Part shown: positions 28,901-37,268 of the stretch, piece by piece | How the letters are laid out: every line of letters starts with the position of its first letter | Position numbering within the stretch: the stretch's first letter is position 1 | Origin: Thermoplasmata archaeon | Lineage (GTDB): Archaea; Thermoplasmatota; Thermoplasmata; Lutacidiplasmatales; UBA184 | Direction of reading: 5' to 3' | Assembly: GCA_028864975.1 (NCBI GenBank) | Contig: JAGWLG010000003.1 | Coordinates: 1 to 64,000 of the forward strand | DNA: 64,000 nt | The notes under the pieces: generated by a model | The model's input: only the letters and a program-made list of their open reading frames with translations | Databases searched by the model: none | Told to the model about the DNA's origin: nothing | Program-made: the position numbers and the translations under genes

Positions 28901-31900
28901 GGGGTGGTGATGGTCGGGTCGGCATACACGGTGAAGGAGGACGAGGTCGCCGCCGCGGAAGTGAAGAGGTCCGAGTCCGTGACCGCGACACTCACCGTGT
29001 AGCTTCCTGCCAGGGTCGGGGAGCACGAGATCGAGACCGCGTTCACGAGCGTGCAGCCGAGCGCGGCCGCGGACTGCGTCCAGGTGTACGTCGGGTACGA
29101 GCCGCTCCCCCCGCTGGCGGTCGTGGTGAAGGTGAAGGCGGGCTGGCCCAGGTCGAGGGACCCTACACTGGACGAGGGTACGAGGACCGAGGGGTCGCCG
29201 TAGACCGTGAACGAGGCGGAGGTACGGGCCCCGGAGGAGCCTCTCCCGGTGTCGCTGATCGAGACGGTCGCCGTGAAACTCCCGGTCGATACCGGGGTGC
29301 AGGAGATGGAGGAAGTGTTCGCGAAGGTGCAGCCGGCGATGCCCGAGGAGGCGGTCCAGATGTACGTGAACGTCCCCGTGCCGCTCCCCGCGGTCGTGCT
29401 GAAGGTGACGGACTGGGAGAGGTCCGCCGAGGGGACCGAGGGGGAGGGCACCGTGGCCGTGGGAGCCCCGTCCACCGTGAAGGAGGCCGAGGTGACGACG
29501 GGGGAGGTCCCGCCGTTCGAGTCTCTCACCTGCACGCTCACGGTGTACGGACCTGCGGCCGTCGGGCTGCAGGAGATGGACGCGGCGTTCGCGAGCGTGC
29601 ATCCGAGGCCGCCCCCCGATTGCGACCAGGTGTACGTGCTGTAGGTCCCGGTGCCCAATGAGGCGACCGTCGTGAAGGCGAAGGTGGCTCCCACGTCGGC
29701 CACGGCCCGGCTGGGCGAAGGGGCCGACGCGACGGGATCCGCGAAGACGGTGAACGGGGCGGAGGTCGCCGCCGTGGAGGTGAACCCGTTCGTGTCCGTG
29801 ACCTTGACGGAGACGCTGTAACCCGTCGAAGCCGCCGTGGGGGTGCACGTGATCGTGTTCGTGCTGGACGCCCCGCACCCGAGGTTGAGAGAGGACGGGG
29901 TCCAGGCGTAGGACGTGTAGGGGGCCCGGCCGCCCGAGGCCGTGGTGCTGAAGCTGAACGTCTGCCCGACGTCCACGCTGGGAACGGAGGGGACCGGGGC
30001 CGAGACCGAGGGGTCGACGTTGACCGTCTCCGCGGCCGAGGTCTGCGTCGAGGAGGTCCCGCCCGCGGAATCGGTCACGAAGACCGAGACGGTGAAGGGA
30101 GAGCCGGCGGCGGAGCTGGGCACACAGGTGATCGTCGCCGAGCTCACGAGGGCGCAACCGAGGTTCGAGGAGGACGCCGTCCATGTGTACCCACGGTAGG
30201 TCCCGGTCCCTCCGCTCGCGGTGGTGCTGAACGTGAAGGGCTCCCCCACATCCACGTTGGGCTGGCTCGCCAGGGGCACACTGACCGACGGAGCTCCCGT
30301 CACGGTGAAGCTGCCGCCGGATCCCGTGCTCGCCCCACCGGTGTCCGAGGCGTTCATCCAGACCGTGTACGTTCCGGGGGTCGTCGGGGTGCAGCTCATC
30401 GAGAAGACCCCCGTCCCTCCGTAGACGTTCAGGGTGGGGGCGAGGCAGCCGAGCCCCGCAGGGCCTTCCCAAGCGCCCCCCGAGTCCGAACCCGTCCCGA
30501 CCGCGGACAGGTTCGACCACAGAGTGACGGTCTTGCCCAGACCGCTCATGAAGGGAGGGGTCGCGGGAGCGGACCCGGGCGGGGTCATCGTGAGCGGGTC
30601 CTGCTGGAGGAGCGCCGAGATGACCGAGACCGTGTTCGATCCCTGGTTCGTGACGTAGAGATTGTTCGTGTTTGCGGCGAAGGTGATCGAGTCGGGGGTG
30701 TTCTGGACCGTGAGCGTCGCGACCACGGAGGTCCCGCTGATCACGCTCACCGAGGCCGAGCCCGAGTTCGTGACGAAGATGTTCCCATTGGCGGGGTCGT
30801 AGACGAGCGAGTCGGGAGCGGTCCCGACATTGATGTTCGTGACCGTAGGGGGGGCGGCACAGGAGGACCCGCTGAAGGCGTTCACCTGGTTGTTGCCCGT
30901 GCTGGCGACGTAGAGCATCCCGTTCGCGGGGTCGTAGATGATCGAACCGGGGGTGTTCCCGACCCCGAAGTTCTGGAGGACCGCGTTGGTGCTGTCGCTG
31001 ACACAGGAGACCTGGTTCTTGCCCTGGTCGACAACGAAGAGAAGGTCGCTCGCAGGGTCGAAGGCGAGGTTCGTGGGCTTGGCCCCGCCGGGGAGTCCGC
31101 TCACGGCGCTCTTGACGACGGCGTTCTTGGTCGCGGGACCCACGGCGCAGGTGGTCGTGCCGCAGATCGCGGAAACCGTGTTGCTCCCTCCGTTCGCGAC
31201 GTAGACCTCGCGGTTGTGAGGGTCGAACAGGTCGAATGTGGGTTGCGTACCTGTCGCATCCGTCACCTCGAGGTGGGTGGCGTTGAGCACCGCGACCTTG
31301 CCGCTCGTCGTCTCGGTCACGTACATCTCGTTGTCCGAGGGGTCGTACGCGATGAAGCTGGGAGCCGTCGCGATGTTCACCGAAGCCGTCCAGGAGAGCC
31401 CCTGGAGCAGGCTGACGTTGGTCCCTCCGGTGTTGGCGACGAAGACCGTCTGGTTGAGGGGGTTGAACGCCCCCGCCGAGGGTCCAACGCCTCCGGTGAA
31501 GTTCCAGATCGTCTTGCCCGCGCTGATCACGGAGACCGCGTTCCCCGTCCCATCTTCGACGTAGACGTACCCGTTCGCCGCGTCGTAGATGGAGAACTGG
31601 GGGCCTCCGAGCGTTGGGGGGTTCGCCACGACGGTGCCGATCTCCGGGGAGGAGGTTTGGGGAACCTCGAGTTCCTGTGTGGGGGGCACCTCGGTCCCTG
31701 CCGCGCCCGACGCAGGAGAGCCGACGGGGAGCGGCGGAGCCGCGCTGGGAGCCGAGGCCGCGGCTCCGACGGAGCCGACGGGAGCTACCGATGCAACGGC
31801 GACCGCGCCGGAGGAGGGGGGGTGGGTGGCCAGCGGAATGGCCGCGCCTACGGGTGCGATGGGAGCGATGCTCGTCACTCCTGGGGCAGGAGTCGTCGCG

Positions 31901-32214
31901 GAGCGGGGCGATAGACTGGTCGGCGTGGATGGCGCGACGTTTAGAGGCCCGGCGAGAACCCACGGGCCGTGGGACCCAAGGGGGAGGCTGGGCAGATGGG
32001 AAGCGGAGCCTGCCCCGGGCGCGAGGGCCCCTCCGCCGAGCCAGGCCACGAGGCCCAACAGGGTCACGAGGAGGATCGGTCCCCGAAGGACGTTCGTTCG
32101 GTGGCGGCCTGGTTCGCGTTGCGTCTTCATGTTCTTACGGGGTCGGGGCGGCGAGAAGGAAGTGTGAGGGGAGCCCGGACCTGGTCCACCACTGGGAATC
32201 CAAGCTCCTACCAA
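22987..32214 (-). CDS. Giant surface protein: signal, YVTN beta-propeller, about 22 Cys-paired Ig-like repeats, PKD, 2 PEGA-like domains, TM helix, acidic tail
   Basis: 3075 aa ORF; the start may be MKTQR at 32130. Repeats and the TM helix LWSLLLLLLVLLLGIILVGLLV are visible in the translation. Confidence 0.88.
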   Translation of the reverse strand: MVGAWIPSGGPGPGSPHTSFSPPRPRKNMKTQREPGRHRTNVLRGPILLVTLLGLVAWLGGGALAPGAGSASHLPSLPLGSHGPWVLAGPLNVAPSTPTSLSPRSATTPAPGVTSIAPIAPVGAAIPLATHPPSSGAVAVASVAPVGSVGAAASAPSAAPPLPVGSPASGAAGTEVPPTQELEVPQTSSPEIGTVVANPPTLGGPQFSIYDAANGYVYVEDGTGNAVSVISAGKTIWNFTGGVGPSAGAFNPLNQTVFVANTGGTNVSLLQGLSWTASVNIATAPSFIAYDPSDNEMYVTETTSGKVAVLNATHLEVTDATGTQPTFDLFDPHNREVYVANGGSNTVSAICGTTTCAVGPATKNAVVKSAVSGLPGGAKPTNLAFDPASDLLFVVDQGKNQVSCVSDSTNAVLQNFGVGNTPGSIIYDPANGMLYVASTGNNQVNAFSGSSCAAPPTVTNINVGTAPDSLVYDPANGNIFVTNSGSASVSVISGTSVVATLTVQNTPDSITFAANTNNLYVTNQGSNTVSVISALLQQDPLTMTPPGSAPATPPFMSGLGKTVTLWSNLSAVGTGSDSGGAWEGPAGLGCLAPTLNVYGGTGVFSMSCTPTTPGTYTVWMNASDTGGASTGSGGSFTVTGAPSVSVPLASQPNVDVGEPFTFSTTASGGTGTYRGYTWTASSSNLGCALVSSATITCVPSSAAGSPFTVSVFVTDSAGGTSSTQTSAAETVNVDPSVSAPVPSVPSVDVGQTFSFSTTASGGRAPYTSYAWTPSSLNLGCGASSTNTITCTPTAASTGYSVSVKVTDTNGFTSTAATSAPFTVFADPVASAPSPSRAVADVGATFAFTTVASLGTGTYSTYTWSQSGGGLGCTLANAASISCSPTAAGPYTVSVQVRDSNGGTSPVVTSASFTVDGAPTATVPSPSVPSADLSQSVTFSTTAGSGTGTFTYIWTASSGIAGCTFANTSSISCTPVSTGSFTATVSISDTGRGSSGARTSASFTVYGDPSVLVPSSSVGSLDLGQPAFTFTTTASGGSGSYPTYTWTQSAAALGCTLVNAVSISCSPTLAGSYTVSVAVTDSDLFTSAAATSSSFTVYADPTITTPTASTPSVDVGQTLTFSTTSTLGSGGNTYAWSGLPTGCFSSSTNALACTPSAAGTFSSITVTVTDSNGVSVPSSALSFAVDSDPVVSVPSSSVPSWDLGQPAFSFATSATGGSGGNAFTWTQSGAGLGCTLGSASSISCTPTIVGSYTVSVDVTDSNGVISGSATSASLTVYADPTIVTPSGAPGSAGIDVGQTVVLSSTSTLGSGGNTYAWSGLPSGCISASTLALSCTPSASGNFPSVKVSVTDSNGFTLTSSALSYTVDTDPSVSGPSSSVPSWDLGQPAFTFTTVASGGSGGNSFSWSQSSANLGCALGSSSSITCTPTAAGSYTVSVSVTDSNSYTSPSATLLSFIVYVDPTATVPSPNLATVDVGQSLTFSTSAGGGTGTYTTFAWTESAPGLGCTLVSAATVVCVPTTPSTSYAVAVAVTDSNGATSSSAISATYTVYADPSLTTPSPSSATVDLTQSVTFSTTAAGGLAPYPTYTWSDSSANLGCTLANAPSISCTPTVAGTTYTVSVSVTDSDGFTSAAAPSGSYTVFVDPSVAVPSPSFPAADVGQAVTFSTSASGGTGGYTSYTWTESSTNLGCTLGSGASINCVPTATGSTYTVTVSVTDTNGAASPSATSASFSVSSGPLVSVPSPSLPNVDVGQTFTFSTTASAGTGSYATYTWTESSVNLDCVLANSASITCAPGAPGTSYTVTVTVTDSGGVTSPAATSASYTVFSDPSVSTPTPNVASVDLSQSATFSTLASGGSGGDVYTWTPSSANLGCTVANAVSISCTPTVAGSYTVAVSVSDSNGATSAAATSSTFTVFADPSASTPLASVASADVGQTVTFTTTATMGTGTYTTYTWSTSPAGLGCTLVNAPSVVCAPTAGGTSYTVAVSVADSNGVSSSVATSASYTVYADPSLTVPTSTVNGTASFQADVGQALVLSTSVGAPGSGGVATFVWTGLPTGCAGSVAAVSCAASAAGHFNVSVSVSDSNGVVATSPVAELTIFVDPTVATPFQYPATVDVGQYVTWWLSLAGGSGVYANFTWANLPSPWNCFGTAYTSAPFCVPASSDIGTLTVSVQATDAEGWVVVSPSVQLTVYADPALLPTSLTVNGTAATVADLGETLVLSTGVSSPGSGSLSAYTWSGLPSGCSGSGSSVTCVPTSPGTFTASASATDSNGASATSAPVAFTVNSPLLVPIPTSSSPSGDVGQSVVFTVAPLQGTTPYATYGWSGLPASCTGTATPSVTCTLAAADVGALLISLRVTDAVGWTAGSLGAVGLTVFADPSVASPTANRTSADVGQSAAFSVVVSGGSGGLSYVWSGLPSSGCTGTSSAFVTCTFASLYSGTITVSVTDSNGISASPALGLVYTAFPDPAVAAPSASPGTGGIDVGQSATFTTTVVQSGSGGDLFSWSVSAPGLFCPGGSSRSVACTASVAGIYTVRVAVKDSNGGWGSASSASYTVLADPTVLTPVASPSLLDVGSSVTVRTVASGGNASSYTYLWTGLPSGCASTTSSVACALTAAGEFLVAVSATDANGFVVPSGSLLLVVHPALSVSASAVPSSVVVGVSTTFFALTSGGTGSATVNWTFGDGSRGSGATVGHAYATAGTYTARVWVNDTAGASSLENLTVVVVAPVVPPSPWIAGSVTPTGANVYIDGRATSVSAGGFNATVAAGTHWVEAWLTGYEAYSANLTVENGQGVRIAIVLTPVVAPSPAWIAGSLSPSSAGLWVDGSPVALVSGSFNLSLTAGKHFVHAWEAGYSAYSSNVTVAQGQGVTLSISLTAVSSTTKVAQGSGLNAEIPLWSLLLLLLVLLLGIILVGLLVRRHRPRPRTPLQWDEPEESLAELVGAARLRAAKGETTPSPEEEGPVEIEHEGPSLNAEEAGAEAGGAGGVVVAEEASEGDESQAPAPSQEWHEGEDPQAEAETAAPAPSEESSEGGGPSASDPAQEGTEGEDDSSPPSSEPGEGTDSQEPAPPQDE
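24275..30300 (-). repeat. About 22 tandem ~90 aa Ig-like repeats
   Basis: Recurrent DP.V..P......D(V/L)GQ...F.T.A.GG.G.Y..Y.W......GC......I.C.P...G...V.V.V(T/S)DSNG motif, counted 22 times. Confidence 0.85.
30600..31600 (-). repeat. 8 YVTN-type beta-propeller repeats
   Basis: Eight (Y/F)(D/N)P..N..(Y/F)V(T/A)N.G.N.VSVI-like units. Confidence 0.85.
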
Positions 32215-32560
32215 GGTCGACCGCGCCGATGGGCGCTCGACCGCAGGGGATCGACATCGCTTCAGCGGACTCCAGGGGAATCGTAAGAGAGGGGCCCGAG
32301 TCCATTACCGTTTGGTAACGTGGGATGGCGTGCGATGTCTTGGCATGCGCACGGCCCCGTATGAGAGCCTGGGAAAGGCCCGAACCGCAGTGGCAGGCGG
32401 CTCTTGCAGCCGGTGGGGGGTGGGAGGCCCAGGTCCCGACTCCGCATAGGGTGTTGCCGCCCCCGACCGGGGTAGGACGAGAACCCCTGAGGCAACCGAT
32501 AACCGCTCCGAGCGCTCTTCTCCAGTCTCCCGAGACGAGGGGGAGAAGGAGCGGGGTCTC

Positions 32561-32962
32561 GTGGCGAACGGTGTCCTTCAGTGCCCCGGCTGCGACTGCC
32601 GATTCAACTACCTCTACACCCCGGGCGGTTCCTTTCATGCGCTGCGGCTCGGAGTTCGACGGAGCTTCAAGTGCCCTCGGTGCAGGAGGCGACAAACCTT
32701 CGACCTCGGTCCTGACAAGATCGATCCGACGCTGAGCTCGTACGATGATCGGGTCGGGTGGAGGGACCTCGTCCTGGCCCTGGGACCGCTTGCCGCGGGC
32801 GTCGCCGCGACCCTGGTTCTCCGTTCGATGGTATCGCCGGAGCTCTGGGTCGCTCTTCCCTCCCTGCTGGGCACGGCGTGGCTGATCGGGTTCGCGACGC
32901 TGACGATCGCCATGGGTTCCCCTCCCCAGTTCGAGGGCCCTCTTCCCTCGCCGCGACCCTGA
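32561..32962 (+). CDS. Zinc-ribbon plus two-TM membrane protein
   Basis: CPGC...FKCPRC followed by two hydrophobic helices; 133 aa. Confidence 0.65.
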   Translation: MANGVLQCPGCDCRFNYLYTPGGSFHALRLGVRRSFKCPRCRRRQTFDLGPDKIDPTLSSYDDRVGWRDLVLALGPLAAGVAATLVLRSMVSPELWVALPSLLGTAWLIGFATLTIAMGSPPQFEGPLPSPRP

Positions 32963-32981
32963 GCGGCCACGGTCCAAGGGC

Positions 32982-33593
32982 ATGGGCCCGGGGCACGTCC
33001 GGAGCCTGGACCTAGAAGAGGACGCGAAGGCTGGAGACGCTGTGGAGTCCGGCGATAGGTCGAACCGACATGTGCGCCCCGCGCGCCCCGAGGACCGGGA
33101 AGGCATGGCCCGAGTGCATGTCGAGACCTGGAAGACGACCTACCGAGGCATCGTTCCCGACGAGCACCTGGACCGGCTCACCGTGGAGAGCGACCTTCGG
33201 CGAGGGTTCGGTTCCTGGTTGGGCGCCCCCCCTCCAGAGGTCGCGGCGTTCGTCGCCGAGGCCCGGGAACCGGGTGTCGTGGGGTTCGCCGTGGGAGGGC
33301 CCAATCGTGACGAGGACCTCAGGTTCACGGGAGAACTCGGGGCGATCTATGTGCTGAAGGAGCACCAAGGGCGGGGACTGGGACGCGAGCTCGTTTCGCA
33401 CGTTGCTCGACACCTGCTCGACCACGGCCACACCTCGATGTTGTGCTGGGTCCTCGAGGCGAACACCTCCCGGGGATTCTACGAGCGGCTCGGGGGGAAG
33501 GTCGTGCGCCGAGAGGTCCGTCCCGCGGCCGGCACCCGCCTCCCCGAGGTCGCCTACGGCTGGGATGATCTCTCTAGGCTCTTGTCCCGATGA
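32982..33593 (+). CDS. GNAT N-acetyltransferase
   Basis: VHVETWKTTYRGIVP, ELGAIYVL...QGRGLG, LCWVLEAN..RGFYERLGG. The start may be further downstream. Confidence 0.9.
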   Translation: MGPGHVRSLDLEEDAKAGDAVESGDRSNRHVRPARPEDREGMARVHVETWKTTYRGIVPDEHLDRLTVESDLRRGFGSWLGAPPPEVAAFVAEAREPGVVGFAVGGPNRDEDLRFTGELGAIYVLKEHQGRGLGRELVSHVARHLLDHGHTSMLCWVLEANTSRGFYERLGGKVVRREVRPAAGTRLPEVAYGWDDLSRLLSR

Positions 33594-33665
33594 CCTGGCC
33601 GGCCCGCGCGCGGCGGGAGCGGCGAAGCGGAGGGGCAAGAGGGCCGCCCTTCGCCCCCCTCGTTG

Positions 33666-34268
33666 TCACTTCACTTTCTCGTAGTCGATCGCGACGGCGA
33701 AGATCAAAGGGAAGATCGGGTCGATGGGCGCGAGCATGTCGATGTTGTACGTGTCGCGGATCGCCACCCACGCCTCGTGGACCTTCGCGCAGTCCTGGCC
33801 CTGAGCGTTCTTGATGAAGAAGTTGTGACGCATCAAGTTCCCTGAGGTCGAGAGGAGCGGCTGTCCGTTCGGGTAGACCGCGCTGGCCTGCATCCCCGCC
33901 ATGAGCCCCCGGTTGAGGGTGATGAGGACGTGGGGAGCCCCCGCGTTGTCCACCAGCGTGAAGGTGGAAGAGTTCGACCCCCCTTCCTTCTTCAGCGTCG
34001 CGCAACGCTGTCCCGATCCGTTGTTGAGCGCGTAGGTCATGTTCACGCTCCGGGTGGCCATTCTCCCCAGGTAGCCGCCGCCCAGGGCGGACCCGAGGAG
34101 GTTCCCTCCGATGTTCTGTCCCGCGTCCCCTTGCACCATGAAGAGGGTCGACTTGTTCGAGTCCATCACCCGATAGCTGTGCCCCAGGCTCAGCATCTGG
34201 TGCTGCACCAGGAAGTTCTGTTGGCCGTGGAGTCCCAACATTTGGCTCAAGGTGGGTGGCGCTGCCAT
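33666..34268 (-). CDS. LURP-one-related / scramblase-like (Tubby C2) protein
   Basis: LSLGHSYRVMD...LF.V, HNFFI.N..G..CA.V...W..IRDTY.I motif pattern. Start MAAPP. Confidence 0.75.
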   Translation of the reverse strand: MAAPPTLSQMLGLHGQQNFLVQHQMLSLGHSYRVMDSNKSTLFMVQGDAGQNIGGNLLGSALGGGYLGRMATRSVNMTYALNNGSGQRCATLKKEGGSNSSTFTLVDNAGAPHVLITLNRGLMAGMQASAVYPNGQPLLSTSGNLMRHNFFIKNAQGQDCAKVHEAWVAIRDTYNIDMLAPIDPIFPLIFAVAIDYEKVK

Positions 34269-34404
34269 GTTCCTCGGTTCCCGATGCTCCGAGACCCGCA
34301 TGAATCCTTCGGTCACCTTTCCCCGCTGCACCGGCTCTTGCCCCGGCCCTAGGGTCGGCTTGCCTTCCCCCGGGGGATGCCACACCCCCGGATTCGAGAG
34401 CGAG

Positions 34405-34417
34405 AAACACCTTTAAG
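34405..34417 (+). promoter_or_regulatory. BRE/TATA promoter of pcn
   Basis: Purine-rich segment then CTTTAAG, about 30 nt before the ATG at 34446. Confidence 0.6.
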
Positions 34418-34445
34418 CGGGGCTTCGTGTGCGGAACCCCGTCCT

Positions 34446-35192
34446 ATGCCGATGTTCCGGGCCCGGGTCCGCATGGAAGTCCTGCGCGAGCTCGTCGGGG
34501 TCGTTTCGACCCTGGTCCCGGAGATGAAGCTCGTCGTCTCCAAGGACGGCGTCGAGGTCAAGGCCGTCGACCCTTCCCACGTCGCGATGCTGGTCGCGAA
34601 GCTCAAGAAGGAGGCGTTCGAGGAGTTCCAGGGCGACACGACGGAGATCGGGCTCGACCTGGAGAAGGTCCGCGAGGTCCTGGCGCTCGCCCGCCCGGGC
34701 GATGTCCTTGACGTGACCTTCGACGCGGGAAAGGGCAAGCTCGTGGTCTCGGTGGGGAAGCTCTCGCGGATGATGTCGGTCGTCGACCCCGCGGGGATCA
34801 GCCAGCCCAAGGTCCCTTCGGTGAATCCCACGGCCAAGGTCGTGCTCAAGATCGACGAGCTCCGCCAAGGGATCCGCGGGTCGGAGTCCATCAGCGACCA
34901 CGTGACCTTGAGCCTCGACCATGAGAACTTCACGCTCCACTCGGAAGGCGAGAACGACCAGGTCAACCTCAAGATCGGCAAGGAGGCGTTGACGCTGCTC
35001 GACGCGAAGGAGCCGGTGAAGAGCATGTACCCGCTCGATTTCTTCTCCAACATGGTGAAGTCCATCACCAGCGCCGAGGAGGTCACGATGGCCCTAGGCA
35101 CGCAGTACCCGCTCCGGCTCGACTTCTCGCTTGCCGGGGGCCGCGGGGACGCGCAGTTCCTCCTCGCTCCTCGCGTCGAGGACTCGGACTGA
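34446..35192 (+). CDS. pcn: DNA polymerase sliding clamp PCNA
   Basis: MFRAR, AVDPSHVAML, IGLDLEK, SMYPLDF, YPLRLDF, LLAPRVE. Confidence 0.96.
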   Translation: MPMFRARVRMEVLRELVGVVSTLVPEMKLVVSKDGVEVKAVDPSHVAMLVAKLKKEAFEEFQGDTTEIGLDLEKVREVLALARPGDVLDVTFDAGKGKLVVSVGKLSRMMSVVDPAGISQPKVPSVNPTAKVVLKIDELRQGIRGSESISDHVTLSLDHENFTLHSEGENDQVNLKIGKEALTLLDAKEPVKSMYPLDFFSNMVKSITSAEEVTMALGTQYPLRLDFSLAGGRGDAQFLLAPRVEDSD

Positions 35193-35240
35193 ACGCCCTC
35201 CAGCGCGGACCTCCCTCGCGCCGTTGCTCGGTCGGGCTGT

Positions 35241-35744
35241 ATGGTCGAAGTGCGACGAGTGCGGCTCTCGGACACTTCCGCGTTGAAGGACCTCCGACTG
35301 GAAGCCCTCAGGACCGACCGAATGGCGTTCGGGAGCACGGTCGAGCGGGAGCAGGCTTTTCCCCCCGAGCGATGGAAGGAGCGTACGCGTCAGGGCTCGG
35401 TGGATGAGCGCTGGGCGACCTTCATCGCCGAGGAGGCGAACGGGACCCTCGTCGGGATGGTCACCGTCGGTGCGCCGAAGGAAGCGACCTCGTTCAACAT
35501 CTTCGGGATGTGGGTCCGTCCCTCGCATCGAGGACGGGGGCTGGGCGGCCGGCTCTTGGACGCGGCCCTCGAGTTCGCCGAGCGCGCCTCCCCGGGCGCG
35601 ACCGTGGAGCTCGAGGTCGTGAGGACGCAGGAAGCGGCGGTCCGAACCTACGAGAGCCGAGGGTTCCGTTTCACGGGCGCGACCGAGCCGCTGGGGCACA
35701 GCGCACCCGCGGTCTGCCACCTCATGATCCGACCGGGACGCTGA
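35241..35744 (+). CDS. GNAT N-acetyltransferase
   Basis: LRLEAL...P/R.AFGST, GMWVRP.HRGRGLG..LL, A.R.YE..GF. Confidence 0.9.
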   Translation: MVEVRRVRLSDTSALKDLRLEALRTDRMAFGSTVEREQAFPPERWKERTRQGSVDERWATFIAEEANGTLVGMVTVGAPKEATSFNIFGMWVRPSHRGRGLGGRLLDAALEFAERASPGATVELEVVRTQEAAVRTYESRGFRFTGATEPLGHSAPAVCHLMIRPGR

Positions 35745-35815
35745 GCGCGCTCGATGGACAGCGCCGGCCGGGAGCGGCCGTTGCGTTATATCCCGGGAAC
35801 CAAGTCCCCCCACTC

Positions 35816-37006
35816 GTGCCTTCCTCCCCCCCTCGTATCGCGATCGTCGGCGCTGCCCGAACGCCGATCGGGAAGTTCGGCGGGGGCCTTTCGAAGGTCC
35901 CCTCCCCTAGGTTGGGGCAGATCGCTGTGAGGGAAGCGCTGCGCCGTGCGAGCGTTGCGCCGACGGAGGTGGACGACCTCCTCTTTGGTTGCTCGCTGGA
36001 GGCCGGCCTCGGGCAGAACCCCGCCCGCCAGGTGCTGCTGGGGTGCGACATCCCGGTGCACGTTGGGGCCACGACGATCAACAAGGTCTGCGGCTCGGGG
36101 ATGAAGAGCCTGATGTTCGGGGCGAGCGAGGTGCGAGCGGGGGACGCTTCCCTGGTGGTCGTCGGCGGGATGGAGAGCATGGACCTTGCTCCCTACCTCC
36201 TCCCGAAGGTCCGATGGGGGATGCGCTACGGGGAAGGGGCCCTCCTCGATGCGATGCTGACCGACTCCCTGCTCGATGCCTACGACCACGAGCACATGGG
36301 CATGACCGGGGAGGCGGTCGCCCGGAAGTTCAAGATCACCCGGGAAGAGGCCGACGCCTTCTCGCTCCGAAGCCACCAGAAGGCGATCGCGGCCTGGAAC
36401 GAGGGGCGGCTCCAGGAGGAGGTCGTCCCCGTCCCCGCCGAGGTGACCGGCGGCGCGGCGGTGGAGCGCGACGAAGGCCCTAGGGCCGACACCAGCCTCG
36501 AGAAGCTCGCGAAGCTCAAGCCCGCGTTCTCCCCGAAGGGCGTCCTCACGCCGGGGAACTCCTCCCAGATCTCGGACGGGGCCGCGGCGCTCGTGTTGGC
36601 CAGCGAGGAGAAGGTCGCGAAGCTCTCTCTGAAGCCCCTTGCGTGGATCCGTTCCTACCATGTGAGCGGGGTCCCCCCGCCACGGGTGATGGAGTCCCCG
36701 ATCCCGGCGGTGAAGGAGCACCTGAAGAAGGAGAAGCTCACGGTCGCGGACCTGGACCTCTTCGAGCACAACGAGGCCTTCTCCACGGCTTCCATTGCTG
36801 TGCAGAGGACCTTCCAGGTCCCGGAGGAGAAGTTCAACGTCAACGGGGGGGCCGTAGCCCTGGGACATCCCATCGGGTGTTCGGGGGCACGGATCGTGGT
36901 CACCCTGCTCCACGAGATGCTCCGCCGCAAGTCCCACCGAGGGCTCGCCACCCTGTGCATGGGCGGCGGGAACGGCACTTCTGTGATCCTTGAAAGCGCC
37001 TCGTAG
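35816..37006 (+). CDS. Classical thiolase (acetyl-CoA C-acetyltransferase)
   Basis: ARTPIGKFGG, NKVCGSG, GNSSQISDGAA, HNEAF, GHPIGCSG, LCMGGG. GTG start about 26 nt after GTTATA (35785-35790). Confidence 0.93.
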   Translation: MPSSPPRIAIVGAARTPIGKFGGGLSKVPSPRLGQIAVREALRRASVAPTEVDDLLFGCSLEAGLGQNPARQVLLGCDIPVHVGATTINKVCGSGMKSLMFGASEVRAGDASLVVVGGMESMDLAPYLLPKVRWGMRYGEGALLDAMLTDSLLDAYDHEHMGMTGEAVARKFKITREEADAFSLRSHQKAIAAWNEGRLQEEVVPVPAEVTGGAAVERDEGPRADTSLEKLAKLKPAFSPKGVLTPGNSSQISDGAAALVLASEEKVAKLSLKPLAWIRSYHVSGVPPPRVMESPIPAVKEHLKKEKLTVADLDLFEHNEAFSTASIAVQRTFQVPEEKFNVNGGAVALGHPIGCSGARIVVTLLHEMLRRKSHRGLATLCMGGGNGTSVILESAS

Positions 37007-37268
37007 GGTCCCAAGGGCGTCGCGGGGCCGCAGAGAACGACAGGAAGCGGCGATGCGACCGGTCCGCGACGAAGCGAGGCCAACCCTGAAACCTGGTACT
37101 TCCCCGGCCAACTCCGAACCGAGTTCCCCGCCGTCCCCCGATCCGCCGCTCCCGCCTCCTCCCTGAACGTCGAACCATCGCGTCCCCCCGGTGGACAGGG
37201 TCGCAGGTCCCGTGGGCGCCGGGGGAGGGACCTCCGCGGGAGTCTGCTGCCAGGCTTTAGCGCGATTT

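Noticed and set aside
24275-30300. Tandem repeats as a possible CRISPR array or DGR template
   Set aside because: The repeats are ~270 nt, degenerate and in-frame coding; no spacers, cas genes or reverse transcriptase are present.
23870-31963. Long alternate-frame and antisense ORFs inside the giant genes (also 38562..41135, 46950..50276 and many others)
   Set aside because: Arg/Gly/Pro-rich shadow ORFs expected at high GC overlapping well-supported genes.
37010-37265. GC-rich hairpin-like stretch between convergent genes
   Set aside because: May be terminator sequence, but no defined ncRNA structure can be supported by eye.
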